A stretch of DNA of 26,639 bases from a virus (Duplodnaviria; Caudoviricetes): IMG/VR virus record IMGVR_UViG_3300032295_000123, positions 1 through 26,639 of that record. One strand, written 5' to 3'. How positions within the stretch are numbered: the first letter of the stretch is position 1; every line of letters begins with the position of its first letter. Made by a program: the position numbers and the translations under genes. This document shows positions 14,999 through 23,536 of the stretch, piece after piece. The notes beneath the pieces were generated by a model. That model saw only the letters and a list, made by a program, of their open reading frames with translations, was not told where the DNA came from and did not search any database.

Positions 14999-17227
14999 TT
15001 ATCCTTTCGCCTCAAGGGCGGCTACACGGGCTTCAAGTTCGTTGATTGCGGCCAGCAGCAAGGGCACAAGGCGTTCGTACCGAACCGTCAAATACTTATC
15101 GTCAATAGGGGCTGGAGCAACAACCTCCGGCATGATGGCCTGTACCTGCTGAGCGGAAACACCGACTTCACGAACAGCGGTGTACCCGAGCGCCTGAGCA
15201 GTTTCATTAGCATGGTAGTAGAAGCTGTCCAGCGTGCGAACCTTCGCCAACGCATTCTCAATACTACCAATACGAGTCTTCAGCCGATCATCAGAGTAAT
15301 ACGCGGTGACGTTGTTGGTTGCGCGAATTTCACCAGCGGTGCCAGATGCCGCAGTGCCAACACCCAAGGAAGCCAACTGCGTGTTTGTGTTTGTTGCTTG
15401 CCGGGAGTCACTCAAGCGAGAGTCGTTTCCTTGACAGGCAGTACCCGAAGAGGTGCCATACGAAACGGTGGCAGTTACCGCAGCAGAACCGTTAAAACTT
15501 GTTCCCGTAAGCCCTGTGCCAAGAGTCAGCGCATTGGCTACAGCGTTTGCCGTGGTTGCTGTGGTGGCGGTTGTGGCTGAAGTAGCTGTGGTGGCGTTTC
15601 CACTCAATGCTGCAGTAATCGTCCCTGCGCTAAAGTTGCCTGAGCCATCACGGGCCACAACCTTACCGGCGGTGTTGGCAGATGTGGCGTCCACTGCCGC
15701 AGTGACTGCGCCAGAGCCGTTGTAGCTTGTGCCGGTCAAGTACGAACCCAGCGTCAGTGCGTTCAGGTTGCTGCCCAAGGCCACGCCCGAGATCGTGCCT
15801 GCGCTCCATGTAAACGCAGAGCCGTTCCAGTTCAGGACTTGGTTCGACGCCGAGGGTGCGACAGCAAACGATGTGGTGCCTGATCCGCTTTGAAATGGAA
15901 TCTGGTTAGCCGCGCCGCCTGCAAGATTAGTCGCTGTGGTTGCGCTTGTAGCTGCACCAGACAGGGTAGCCGTGATGGTCCCGGCGCTGAAATCACCCGA
16001 AGCATCCCGAGCCACAACCTTGGAAGCAGTGTTGGCCGATGTGGCGTCCACAGCAAAAGTGCGGGCAGCAGAGCCGTCAAACGTGCCACCAGAGGTCAAA
16101 AATGTGCCTGCCGTCAGGGCGTTGGCCACCGAGCCAGCAGCGCCTGAGATGTTGCCCGACACTGCTGCGCCAGAGATGGCGATGGCCGTTGGTGTGACGC
16201 CTGTGACCTGACCTTGTGCGTTTGTGGTGATTACCGGCACCGTAGCGGCATCGCCGTATGTGCCCGCAGTGCCGATGTTGGCGATGTTGAACGTGTAAGA
16301 CGGTGACTCGCTCAGCCCCGTACCTGCCGTGTAAGTGATCGGCGCAGAGAACTGCTGAAAGACAATTGCGGTTGTACCGATGGTGATCGGAGGTGGGGTC
16401 TGCTGCACCCAAGCGGTGTTGACGTTGGCCGTGCCGCCGGTCACCAAGAAGAAGTCACCCTCATCAATCTGATCGACACCTGTTCCAACAGAATCCATGT
16501 CTGTTGAGCGGGTCAGGATGTATGGCGTTCCAGCAGAACCGACCTGCGTGACAACGTAGACGCCGTTATTGGCTCCGGCCACTTCGTTCTTGACCAGAAT
16601 CCGGTTTGCAACCACGGTGAGCGTTGAGTCCACCGACAGAGCGCCGTTGGCGTTACCTGTGAGCGTTGCCCCTACCCCGGATGTGCCGTTGTTGTACGTG
16701 TTTGCTGGGAGTGCTGCTGTGGTGGCCAAGTCCACCGCTTCGTGGAAGTGAATGCCCGATGCAATGGCGTCGGCATATTCCTTGTTGACGATGTCCGTGT
16801 TGTTGGTAGGCGGAGTGGAAACCGTGCCCGATGTAATGTTGGCAGTGGTGATGTTGGCCGTGCTCGTGCCCAAAGTGCCGATGTCCAGCGTTGTGACGGC
16901 AGAGCCCGCTGCGTCCAGATACACCGCCCGAGAAGAGGGGTAAGTGACGAACACGTCTTTGGAGCCAGCGCCAAACGGCACCAGCGATCCTGCATTGCTG
17001 GACGACACCACAGTTGTCCGGGATAGGGTTGTGCCCGAAGCTGTGTAAGTGCCAACACCAACTTCCCAATCGCCCGTAGCAGCGTCCACGATGGCGTAGA
17101 AGGTTTGATTGCCGTTACCAACAGCAGCAAAAGACTGAAAGCCTGCGGCTGCCCCAGCCAACGTCACCGTGCCCGTGCCCGCTGTTGTGGTCGTTTCTTT
17201 GACGCGATCTTTGAGTACCAATGCCAT
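14999..17227 (-). CDS. Tail fibre with C-terminal intramolecular chaperone (peptidase S74), 742 aa
   Basis: Thr/Ala/Gly/Ser-rich repeats; YYSDDRLK autocleavage motif, GVSAQQVQAIMPEVV, VRYERLVPLLLAAINEL coiled-coil end. Confidence 0.9.
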   Translation of the reverse strand: MALVLKDRVKETTTTAGTGTVTLAGAAAGFQSFAAVGNGNQTFYAIVDAATGDWEVGVGTYTASGTTLSRTTVVSSSNAGSLVPFGAGSKDVFVTYPSSRAVYLDAAGSAVTTLDIGTLGTSTANITTANITSGTVSTPPTNNTDIVNKEYADAIASGIHFHEAVDLATTAALPANTYNNGTSGVGATLTGNANGALSVDSTLTVVANRILVKNEVAGANNGVYVVTQVGSAGTPYILTRSTDMDSVGTGVDQIDEGDFFLVTGGTANVNTAWVQQTPPPITIGTTAIVFQQFSAPITYTAGTGLSESPSYTFNIANIGTAGTYGDAATVPVITTNAQGQVTGVTPTAIAISGAAVSGNISGAAGSVANALTAGTFLTSGGTFDGSAARTFAVDATSANTASKVVARDASGDFSAGTITATLSGAATSATTATNLAGGAANQIPFQSGSGTTSFAVAPSASNQVLNWNGSAFTWSAGTISGVALGSNLNALTLGSYLTGTSYNGSGAVTAAVDATSANTAGKVVARDGSGNFSAGTITAALSGNATTATSATTATTATTANAVANALTLGTGLTGTSFNGSAAVTATVSYGTSSGTACQGNDSRLSDSRQATNTNTQLASLGVGTAASGTAGEIRATNNVTAYYSDDRLKTRIGSIENALAKVRTLDSFYYHANETAQALGYTAVREVGVSAQQVQAIMPEVVAPAPIDDKYLTVRYERLVPLLLAAINELEARVAALEAKG

Positions 17228-17236
17228 TTTGAATCC

Positions 17237-17887
17237 TTACGACGGTATCTGAGTCCAGTTGGTGGGCTGGCCGGTGTCAATTGTCGCCCAAACTAGCGTT
17301 CCGCCGATGTTAATGTTGAGCTGCACGCCCGTAGTGAGGACGTTAATAGTCTTAATCGCCCCAAACGTGCTCAGGGCGCTGACAACCTCTGCAATCGAAG
17401 CGTTTACGCTGACCTGCACCACTTGAGTTGCCGCGCCCGTGGCGCTTTCCGCGATAGCCACAGAAAACAACAGCCCACGGTTTGAAGAATCTGTACCGGT
17501 GGCCGCTTCAGTCTGTGCAGCCAAGACTGTGCTTGCTGCGGTTTGTGTCGCCGTGCCGGTGATGGTCTCTGCCTGTGCAGCCAAGAAAGTGCCGATGGCA
17601 GCCTGTGCGTCAGTAGCCCCGGCCTGCTCCAACATGCTGGCCAACATAGCAGCAATCACCGACTGCGTGTCTGCTGCGGTAGCTGTCTCTGCTTGTGTGG
17701 CCACTGCTGAAACGCTGGCCGATTGAGCATCTTGGCCTGTGGACGTCTCGTTGATGAGGCCACCTCGAATTAGGCTTGGGACTGCCTCCACAGCAGTGGC
17801 CGTAGCCGATTCAGTTGCGGAGACGGCAAACGTGTTCCCGCCTAAAGAGGCGAAGGGTGCTTGGGCAAAAGTGACATCACCAAACAC
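17237..17887 (-). CDS. Virion structural protein with Ala/Thr repeats (216 aa)
   Basis: AGGA RBS, GTG start; MFG..FAQAPFA N-terminus, repeated E(T/S)AT(A/G) units, C-terminal W..ID..Q..NW. Confidence 0.7.
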   Translation of the reverse strand: MFGDVTFAQAPFASLGGNTFAVSATESATATAVEAVPSLIRGGLINETSTGQDAQSASVSAVATQAETATAADTQSVIAAMLASMLEQAGATDAQAAIGTFLAAQAETITGTATQTAASTVLAAQTEAATGTDSSNRGLLFSVAIAESATGAATQVVQVSVNASIAEVVSALSTFGAIKTINVLTTGVQLNINIGGTLVWATIDTGQPTNWTQIPS

Positions 17888-17898
17888 CGCACGTCCTA

Positions 17899-18477
17899 TC
17901 AGGCTGCGTCGAGCGAGAAGGAATAGGTCACGTTCAGCGTGTCGCCGTTGTCCACAGTCTTGTCGCCGCCAGTGAAGTCACCCGCCGAGAACAAGATGCC
18001 GGATGTGCCGCTGCTCACGCTGGCCAACAGTGCGCCTGCGACCACAGTGCTGTTCACCAACATGGCAAACGAAGCAGGGGATGCGGAGTTGGAGATCACC
18101 GAGGGATCAGCCGTGGTGGCAGTACCAAATGTCACCGCCTTGCGGTTACCGGTGTATGCGGTGCCGGGGACCAACTCTGTCCAGCCTGCGTGTGTAGCAA
18201 GGGTATCGCCAGCGGCGAACGATGTGCCGGAGCCGGGACCTTCGACCAAACCCAGATACCACGCAGCGGTGTAGCCAGAACCAGAAAAGTACTTGCTGTT
18301 CATGTCCTGCAGGCCTTGGTTGACCACGAGGTTGTGGAAGGTGTCAGACCACTTCTCTTTGCCGTCTGCGCCCACGCAAGTGACGGTGAATACACCGCCA
18401 GCGCCAACACGTTCAGTGCCTGCGCGTTGGGTGATCAGGCCTGCGGTAACGCTGTCTGAGGCTTTGCTGTGTTCCAT
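17899..18477 (-). CDS. Virion structural protein (192 aa), tail region
   Basis: AAGGA RBS; NLVVNQG, WYLGL, GDTLNVTY beta-rich motifs. Confidence 0.7.
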   Translation of the reverse strand: MEHSKASDSVTAGLITQRAGTERVGAGGVFTVTCVGADGKEKWSDTFHNLVVNQGLQDMNSKYFSGSGYTAAWYLGLVEGPGSGTSFAAGDTLATHAGWTELVPGTAYTGNRKAVTFGTATTADPSVISNSASPASFAMLVNSTVVAGALLASVSSGTSGILFSAGDFTGGDKTVDNGDTLNVTYSFSLDAA

Positions 18478-18486
18478 GATATGTCC

Positions 18487-18933
18487 TTATGAAATACGCA
18501 CGATGGCGCTGTTGGCATCGGGGGTTGGGAAAATGATTTGGAAGGTGTCATTATTCACGGTCTTGTCTGAACCAAAATCCAGCACAGCCACGGACTTGTT
18601 GCCCTCGGTACTGTTGTAAATCAAAGCACCACGGGCCGTGAAGGTTGCACTAGTCCAAGAGGAGTTGCCAAAGCTTACGTAAGCAGTAGGCACGGAGCTG
18701 GAGTTGTTTGACGCCGTCGGGCTGGTCGTGATGACCAGTGTGTTACCGCCAGCCGTATACCCAGTGCCAACAACTTCGTTCGATGTGGTGTACACCGTTG
18801 TGGTGGGGCCAATGCTAGAGGCCCCTGTGTACAAGGCCACTTTAAATGTGTCCGCAGACGTTGGTCCAAAGTTGTGGACCCCTTGGAGGAGTTCAACTTT
18901 AAACGATGTGGTTGCGGTTTGTTGAATTGCCAT
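18487..18933 (-). CDS. Virion structural protein (148 aa), probable fibre attachment
   Basis: SFKVELL, FKVALYT, GYTAGG, ARGALIYN, VLDFGSDK motifs; starts 1 nt after adaptor stop. Confidence 0.75.
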   Translation of the reverse strand: MAIQQTATTSFKVELLQGVHNFGPTSADTFKVALYTGASSIGPTTTVYTTSNEVVGTGYTAGGNTLVITTSPTASNNSSSVPTAYVSFGNSSWTSATFTARGALIYNSTEGNKSVAVLDFGSDKTVNNDTFQIIFPTPDANSAIVRIS

Positions 18934-18934
18934 A

Positions 18935-19591
18935 TCAGGTCACCTGAATCCTTACCTGCCCGGAGCGGTATGCGTCCTGACGTTCGAGGCCATCACCAAG
19001 GCGTTTAGCCAGTGCAAGAGCTTCTTGATACTTGCCGTTATACAACGCCATCATATCCTGCTCACCCTTCATGTAGGTGTAAGCTTCAACCAAAGAACCA
19101 TAAAGCAGCACGCTGTCAAAGTTGTCACCCAACCACGAAGTGCCCGCAGTCACAATCGACTCGGGGTAGTAGAAGTAATGCAGCTCAGCCACGTAGGTAG
19201 CATCCGGTGTTGGGCCCAAGATGAAGGTCAGCTCGTTTGGGTCGTTGGATTGTGAACCAAACAAGGCGTAATATTTGGGCAGTGCCTTATCGTTGGGGTT
19301 TGGGTACGCCTGTCGGATGAAGTTCACATCCTTGTTCAGGAGATACTCGTAGTTCCCCAAGGCGTCTACCAACGCTAGCGAATACACAGACAAAAAGTCC
19401 GAGGGGCAAGCCAAGTACTTGTTGTTATTTGTGGTGGAACCCGTCACGTTTTTGCGCAGTGAAGGGAATTGGATGGTGTTGTATATACGCTGCTCAGCCT
19501 GTTGAACAAACACAGGTATCTCCGCAATAAAAGTTGCGTCCGTATTTTCTGTGTACGCTTGAATAGCGTCGCTGAGAGCAGCGTAGTTCAT
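18935..19591 (-). CDS. Head-tail adaptor / tail tubular protein A-like (218 aa)
   Basis: N-terminal helices (FVQQAEQRI), P.YYA, LGPTPD..Y..ELHY, LLYGSLVEA helix pattern. Confidence 0.7.
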   Translation of the reverse strand: MNYAALSDAIQAYTENTDATFIAEIPVFVQQAEQRIYNTIQFPSLRKNVTGSTTNNNKYLACPSDFLSVYSLALVDALGNYEYLLNKDVNFIRQAYPNPNDKALPKYYALFGSQSNDPNELTFILGPTPDATYVAELHYFYYPESIVTAGTSWLGDNFDSVLLYGSLVEAYTYMKGEQDMMALYNGKYQEALALAKRLGDGLERQDAYRSGQVRIQVT

Positions 19592-19839
19592 GCAGATGGC
19601 CCGCGAAACTTAGTGCCCTTGGTAGCCGCGCCTGTGCCACGTATCTTTTCGCCGGAAGTTTTTGTCGGCGGATAGTCTTGACTGCGCGTGTTTGCTACGG
19701 ACACGTTTGCTTTACGCATGGTTTCTTTTGCCGACTCTTCGCCAACAACAACTGATGCGTACACTTTAGGCTGGACGTATTTACCAATTGGGTCTTTGGT
19801 ATTCGCGTCAAAGTATTTGAACTCGTCTTGGCTGTGCAT
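19588..19839 (-). CDS. Small basic protein (83 aa)
   Basis: Tightly coupled; C-terminal KIRGTGAATKGTKFRG. Confidence 0.75.
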   Translation of the reverse strand: MHSQDEFKYFDANTKDPIGKYVQPKVYASVVVGEESAKETMRKANVSVANTRSQDYPPTKTSGEKIRGTGAATKGTKFRGPSA

Positions 19840-19840
19840 A

Positions 19841-20041
19841 TCAGACCCCCTTTTGCTTGCGACCGGGGCTCATTTGGTTAGCAACCTTAGCCAAATTGCG
19901 ACCCATCTTCAGCATGTCGCTGTTGGTTTTGCCGCCAGCACGAAGTTTTGTCAGCGGTTGGCCTTTGTGTTTAGCTTTCTCGTGCTTGTGCACTGCGCCA
20001 GCGATCATCATCCTGTCCTGCTTCAAATCTTTTTTGTCCAT
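19841..20041 (-). CDS. Small basic protein (66 aa)
   Basis: AGGAG RBS; VHKHEK..H and LRAGG motifs. Confidence 0.75.
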   Translation of the reverse strand: MDKKDLKQDRMMIAGAVHKHEKAKHKGQPLTKLRAGGKTNSDMLKMGRNLAKVANQMSPGRKQKGV

Positions 20042-20042
20042 G

Positions 20043-20474
20043 TCAGACTCCTATCTGTATCGTTACTGTACCAACTTCCACGAATAAAACCAAGTAGTTT
20101 GGTGTTAGCGCGGTGTCAAAAAATCTGGCCCCACCCACAGGGTTCCAGCCCCACTGAAAGACTCTACTGCCACCTTCAGGAAATCCATCAGCGTCAATCG
20201 AGGTGCCGTTTGTGTTTGAAAGCTGCAGCCCGCTCAAACCCGACTGATAATAACTCCGATCAGGGCGAGGATTCCTCAAGCCCTGCGGGTCGTCAACTGG
20301 GTACATACCCAATTGCAACTGTGGCTGATCGGGGTCCCAGCACTCGGGGCAAACCAACAAGTCGTAGTTCTTCGTCTTGATGATTTCTTTGCGCAGGACC
20401 TTTAGCTTGAACCGTTGATCACAACGGTCGCACTGCGCAATAGCCCATTTGCCAGAAGCAAACCGATTACCCAT
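20043..20474 (-). CDS. Zn-ribbon protein (143 aa)
   Basis: CDRC...CPEC plus WDPDQPQ and PRPD; TGATG coupled. Confidence 0.8.
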   Translation of the reverse strand: MGNRFASGKWAIAQCDRCDQRFKLKVLRKEIIKTKNYDLLVCPECWDPDQPQLQLGMYPVDDPQGLRNPRPDRSYYQSGLSGLQLSNTNGTSIDADGFPEGGSRVFQWGWNPVGGARFFDTALTPNYLVLFVEVGTVTIQIGV

Positions 20475-21403
20475 CAGGTGCCCCCAATAAACTGCTGCCT
20501 AGGCACGAAGCGAACCGCCGCCTTTTCCCGATCCTCGTCTGCCGCTAACTGCCAAGCTTCGTCGTATTGCTGCTTCAGTACGGGTAGGCGCTCAGCGCCC
20601 CCGGCAAGCTTTAGCGCCAGATAGTAAGCCAAACCTGCGGCCATGCAGGGGATAAAGCGGAAGGGCACGTCCATGACGTTCACACCACCACCCGCATCCT
20701 GCGTGCGGCGCAAACGCCAGTAGACCAGTGTGTATTGCTGAGCTGAATCTGGAGTCGGCCAAACTGTGACTGCTGGGACTTGGGCCAGATACACCGCAGT
20801 GGCTGTTGTATGCGAGGCGGCAGTTGTGTTCTGCTGCCCACGGAAACAATTGTTCAGGACATTACCCGAGATGTAACCGTAGTTAATGATCTCGTCGTCG
20901 ATCTTTATGAACCCAGCGGCGGGCAGGCCGATGACTGAGCTCAGCGTAATCTCAGTAGCTGTAGACGTAATTGACCCGTTCAAAGTCAAGCCAGTCGGCG
21001 AGTTTTGGCCGTCTAAACGCTGCACCCAGATTTGAATTGGTCTGGCTTGCTGAATTTTGTTCGGGATCGTAGCGTACGTAGAGACGCTGATACGCGTAAT
21101 TGTGAGGTCAGCCTGTGTGGAGGCTACGTTAGCGCCAGTACGAATGACGTGCTCAATCAGATCAACTGTGTCGTCCGGCAATGCGTAGGTATTCTGGCCC
21201 TGAGTGAGAACAATCTCACCCTGCTCAATCGTCCACATGTTGATGCCACGATTGGCCCAATCTGCAAACATGATATTCAGGCTACGCCGTGCAGTGCGCA
21301 AGTCATAGCCAGTGCGCAGCTCACCACCGGCACGTTCAAATGCTTCCTCGACCAGCTCTGATAGATCGAGGTTAAACGCTGAGTAGCCGGAAGTGGTTGC
21401 CAT
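20474..21403 (-). CDS. Second head-tail adaptor-like protein with inserted beta domain (309 aa)
   Basis: LVEEAFER, ARRSLN...WANRG, VWPTPD, GLAYYLA pattern like tail tubular A / P22 gp4-type adaptors. Confidence 0.65.
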   Translation of the reverse strand: MATTSGYSAFNLDLSELVEEAFERAGGELRTGYDLRTARRSLNIMFADWANRGINMWTIEQGEIVLTQGQNTYALPDDTVDLIEHVIRTGANVASTQADLTITRISVSTYATIPNKIQQARPIQIWVQRLDGQNSPTGLTLNGSITSTATEITLSSVIGLPAAGFIKIDDEIINYGYISGNVLNNCFRGQQNTTAASHTTATAVYLAQVPAVTVWPTPDSAQQYTLVYWRLRRTQDAGGGVNVMDVPFRFIPCMAAGLAYYLALKLAGGAERLPVLKQQYDEAWQLAADEDREKAAVRFVPRQQFIGGT

Positions 21404-21636
21404 TATCTAAATCCTGCTGTTTTCTTGGCGATGCGTTTGGGCTGCGCCACAAATTGTTTACCTGCCGCCTTGCCAGCACGCTTGGCTCTTGTGGTGGCCG
21501 CATACTCTGCGGGGCTGAGTGATTTTATCGCCTTCTCCGGCAAATAGCGCTCTCCAGTTTTGGAGGACGGCTTCCCACTCTTGGTGCGCCATTTCTGGTC
21601 GCCCCAGTCTTTGAGGGATTGCTGGGGCGCTTTCAT
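21403..21636 (-). CDS. Small basic protein, DUF5872-like C-terminal part (77 aa)
   Basis: QSLKDW..QKWRT, ERYLPEKA..SLS..E..AT.RAKR motifs; ATG 1 nt after upstream stop. Confidence 0.7.
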   Translation of the reverse strand: MKAPQQSLKDWGDQKWRTKSGKPSSKTGERYLPEKAIKSLSPAEYAATTRAKRAGKAAGKQFVAQPKRIAKKTAGFR

Positions 21637-21637
21637 A

Positions 21638-21913
21638 TCAGTCTCTGTACCCGCCGCCAGCGGCCTTGTACTTCTTGGCCACAAGCTGGGCCTTACGGGC
21701 AGACCACTGTCCTGCTCCGGTTCCCTGCGTTGCAGCAGCTTTGACTTGGCTCACGATCCGCTTGCGCAGCTCGGGCTTGGTGTAGTTGCCAGCAGCATTG
21801 ACCTTCCCACCTTCTTTGTACTGCGTGAAGTCGGTGTCATCCCGGCGAGCTTTACGCTTGCCTTTGGGCATCTTAGAGGGGTTTATGTCCCCCATACCTC
21901 GGGATGCCATCAT
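21638..21913 (-). CDS. Small basic protein, DUF5872-like N-terminal part (91 aa)
   Basis: GAGGTG RBS; YTKPELR...GQWSARKAQL.AK.Y..AGGGY motif. Confidence 0.75.
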   Translation of the reverse strand: MMASRGMGDINPSKMPKGKRKARRDDTDFTQYKEGGKVNAAGNYTKPELRKRIVSQVKAAATQGTGAGQWSARKAQLVAKKYKAAGGGYRD

Positions 21914-21922
21914 GATTTCACC

Positions 21923-22501
21923 TCAGTACATTTTGCACTTGGTCTTGCCCTTGGTGGCAATCCCGTCGGCGCGTTTAGAAGCGGTCATACCACCAGAAGC
22001 CATCTTCTTGATTCTGCCACCACGCTTGAACTCATCGTCGCCACGGTACTCAGACGGCTTGTCTTTCTCAGCGTACCTACGGGCTTTGCGCTCTGCATCC
22101 ACTTCGCGCATGGTCTCGTCAATCTCCATGTCGGCAAGACGTTCTTTGGCGCTCTTGGACAGCTCAACCTTGTCACGGCGATCAGCCGCTTTTTCGGCAG
22201 CGCGACCAAGACCAGACCCCTCAACGAGCTTTTTACCAACGCCGGTTTCTTCGTCAATGGCTCGACCCAGTGTATAGCCCGCAGAAAGAGCAGCTTGAGC
22301 AGCGCCAGCGCGACCCATATTACGAGTTTCCGCACGGCGACCAGCTTCGCGAACAGCTTCTTTAGCGCCGCCCGTCAGCTTGGACGAGTCTACGTCACGG
22401 CCTCGTTTGGACTTGGCCATGTCTTCTTTGACGCGCTCGATAACATCACCCTTGTTACCGGGGATGCCGCTCCATCGTGTACCGCGAATTCCGGTTGCCA
22501 T
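21923..22501 (-). CDS. Charged protein (192 aa) with C-terminal ADGIA.KGKT motif
   Basis: AAGGAG RBS; FKRGG, MASGG, RADGIATKGKTK. Confidence 0.8.
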   Translation of the reverse strand: MATGIRGTRWSGIPGNKGDVIERVKEDMAKSKRGRDVDSSKLTGGAKEAVREAGRRAETRNMGRAGAAQAALSAGYTLGRAIDEETGVGKKLVEGSGLGRAAEKAADRRDKVELSKSAKERLADMEIDETMREVDAERKARRYAEKDKPSEYRGDDEFKRGGRIKKMASGGMTASKRADGIATKGKTKCKMY

Positions 22502-22510
22502 GATTGCTCC

Positions 22511-22771
22511 TTAGCACATCTTGCCGCGAGTCTTACCCCGAGAGGCAATACCGTCGGCAGACTTTACATAACCGCCTTTTGCCTTCTTTTCGGCCAATTC
22601 GTTCATACCCACACGCGAGGAAAGGTCGTATTTTTCCTTTTTCTCGGCCTTGGGGGCTGGTGGAGTCTTGTCCGCAGCGTTGTACGCTTTGGTAGCTGCC
22701 TCTTGCGCCTTTTTGTCGGCAATCATCTGGCGGGCTTCACGCTCCGCAGGGCTCATTTCTTTTTCAGCCAT
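22511..22771 (-). CDS. Charged protein (86 aa) with C-terminal ADGIA.RGKT motif
   Basis: AAGGAG RBS; KAKGG, SADGIASRGKTRG. Confidence 0.8.
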   Translation of the reverse strand: MAEKEMSPAEREARQMIADKKAQEAATKAYNAADKTPPAPKAEKKEKYDLSSRVGMNELAEKKAKGGYVKSADGIASRGKTRGKMC

Positions 22772-22781
22772 AACGTACTCC

Positions 22782-23300
22782 TTAGCAAGCTTTGCCGCCG
22801 TAGGCCATGGCCTTACCGCCTTTTTTCATGCCCATAGGCTTGGAGCCCTTCATGGCAATCATGGTGCCCTTGGACAGACCTTTGGATTGGATAGCGTGCT
22901 CGCCCTTGCCCTTAGTGCCGCCAGATTTAACAGCGCCCATTTTTGCTTTGGTGATACCACCGTTAGCCATTTTGCCCTTGCCGTCAGCAGCAAAGTCAGG
23001 AACCATTTTCCCGCCCTTGTTGACCATAGTCATACCGCCATCAGCCATCTTTTTCATCTTTGTAGCCATAGTATCACCGCCTTCTTTCATGATTGACATC
23101 TTGCCGTGAAGTGTCTTGGGTTTGTTAACTTTTTGGAGGTCAGCGCGGGTCTTTCCAGAGCCTTTGCCGAACTTCAAACCTTTGCTTGTCTCGCTAAATT
23201 CCTTAGCGACAGACACCGGTACACCCGCAGCTTTTGCAAAGCCCGGGTTGTGTGCTGCAGCGTCCATGAAACGCTTTTGTTTTGCGCTAGTTGAGGGCAC
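22782..23300 (-). CDS. Lys/Met/Gly-rich basic protein (172 aa) with multiple M.xGG motifs
   Basis: AAGGAG RBS, GTG start overlapping upstream gene; S.KQ.RFM.AAAHNP.FAK N-terminus. Confidence 0.8.
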   Translation of the reverse strand: MPSTSAKQKRFMDAAAHNPGFAKAAGVPVSVAKEFSETSKGLKFGKGSGKTRADLQKVNKPKTLHGKMSIMKEGGDTMATKMKKMADGGMTMVNKGGKMVPDFAADGKGKMANGGITKAKMGAVKSGGTKGKGEHAIQSKGLSKGTMIAMKGSKPMGMKKGGKAMAYGGKAC

Positions 23301-23535
23301 TGCGTTGCTCCTTCATAAAGTCATCAATCTTACCCTCAAGCCGGTCCAACCTAGCCAGAATACGGTTGATGTCATTGTGCATGTCCGACTTGGCCACAAA
23401 CTTCTCGGCGTTCTCTTCACGCGTCTTGCTCAGCAAGATGCTCAGGCGCTTGACCTCGTCATGCGAGACCTTCACCCAAAGCAGCAGCGCCGCAGAAGCA
23501 AACGACAGAACGGTATTCCAAACTGGCAAGTCCAT
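23287..23535 (-). CDS. Small TM + coiled-coil protein (82 aa)
   Basis: N-terminal hydrophobic helix, C-terminal RLDRLEGKID heptads. Confidence 0.75.
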   Translation of the reverse strand: MDLPVWNTVLSFASAALLLWVKVSHDEVKRLSILLSKTREENAEKFVAKSDMHNDINRILARLDRLEGKIDDFMKEQRSALN

Positions 23536-23536
23536 G

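Noticed and set aside
13023-17227. Diversity-generating retroelement or invertible fibre cassette
   Set aside because: No reverse transcriptase or invertase, and I found no near-identical template/variable repeat pair or inverted gene segment.
21560-22837. 425-aa plus-strand ORF
   Set aside because: Antisense to several well-punctuated minus-strand genes with strong RBSs; composition is what reverse-complemented Lys/Glu/Ala codons give.
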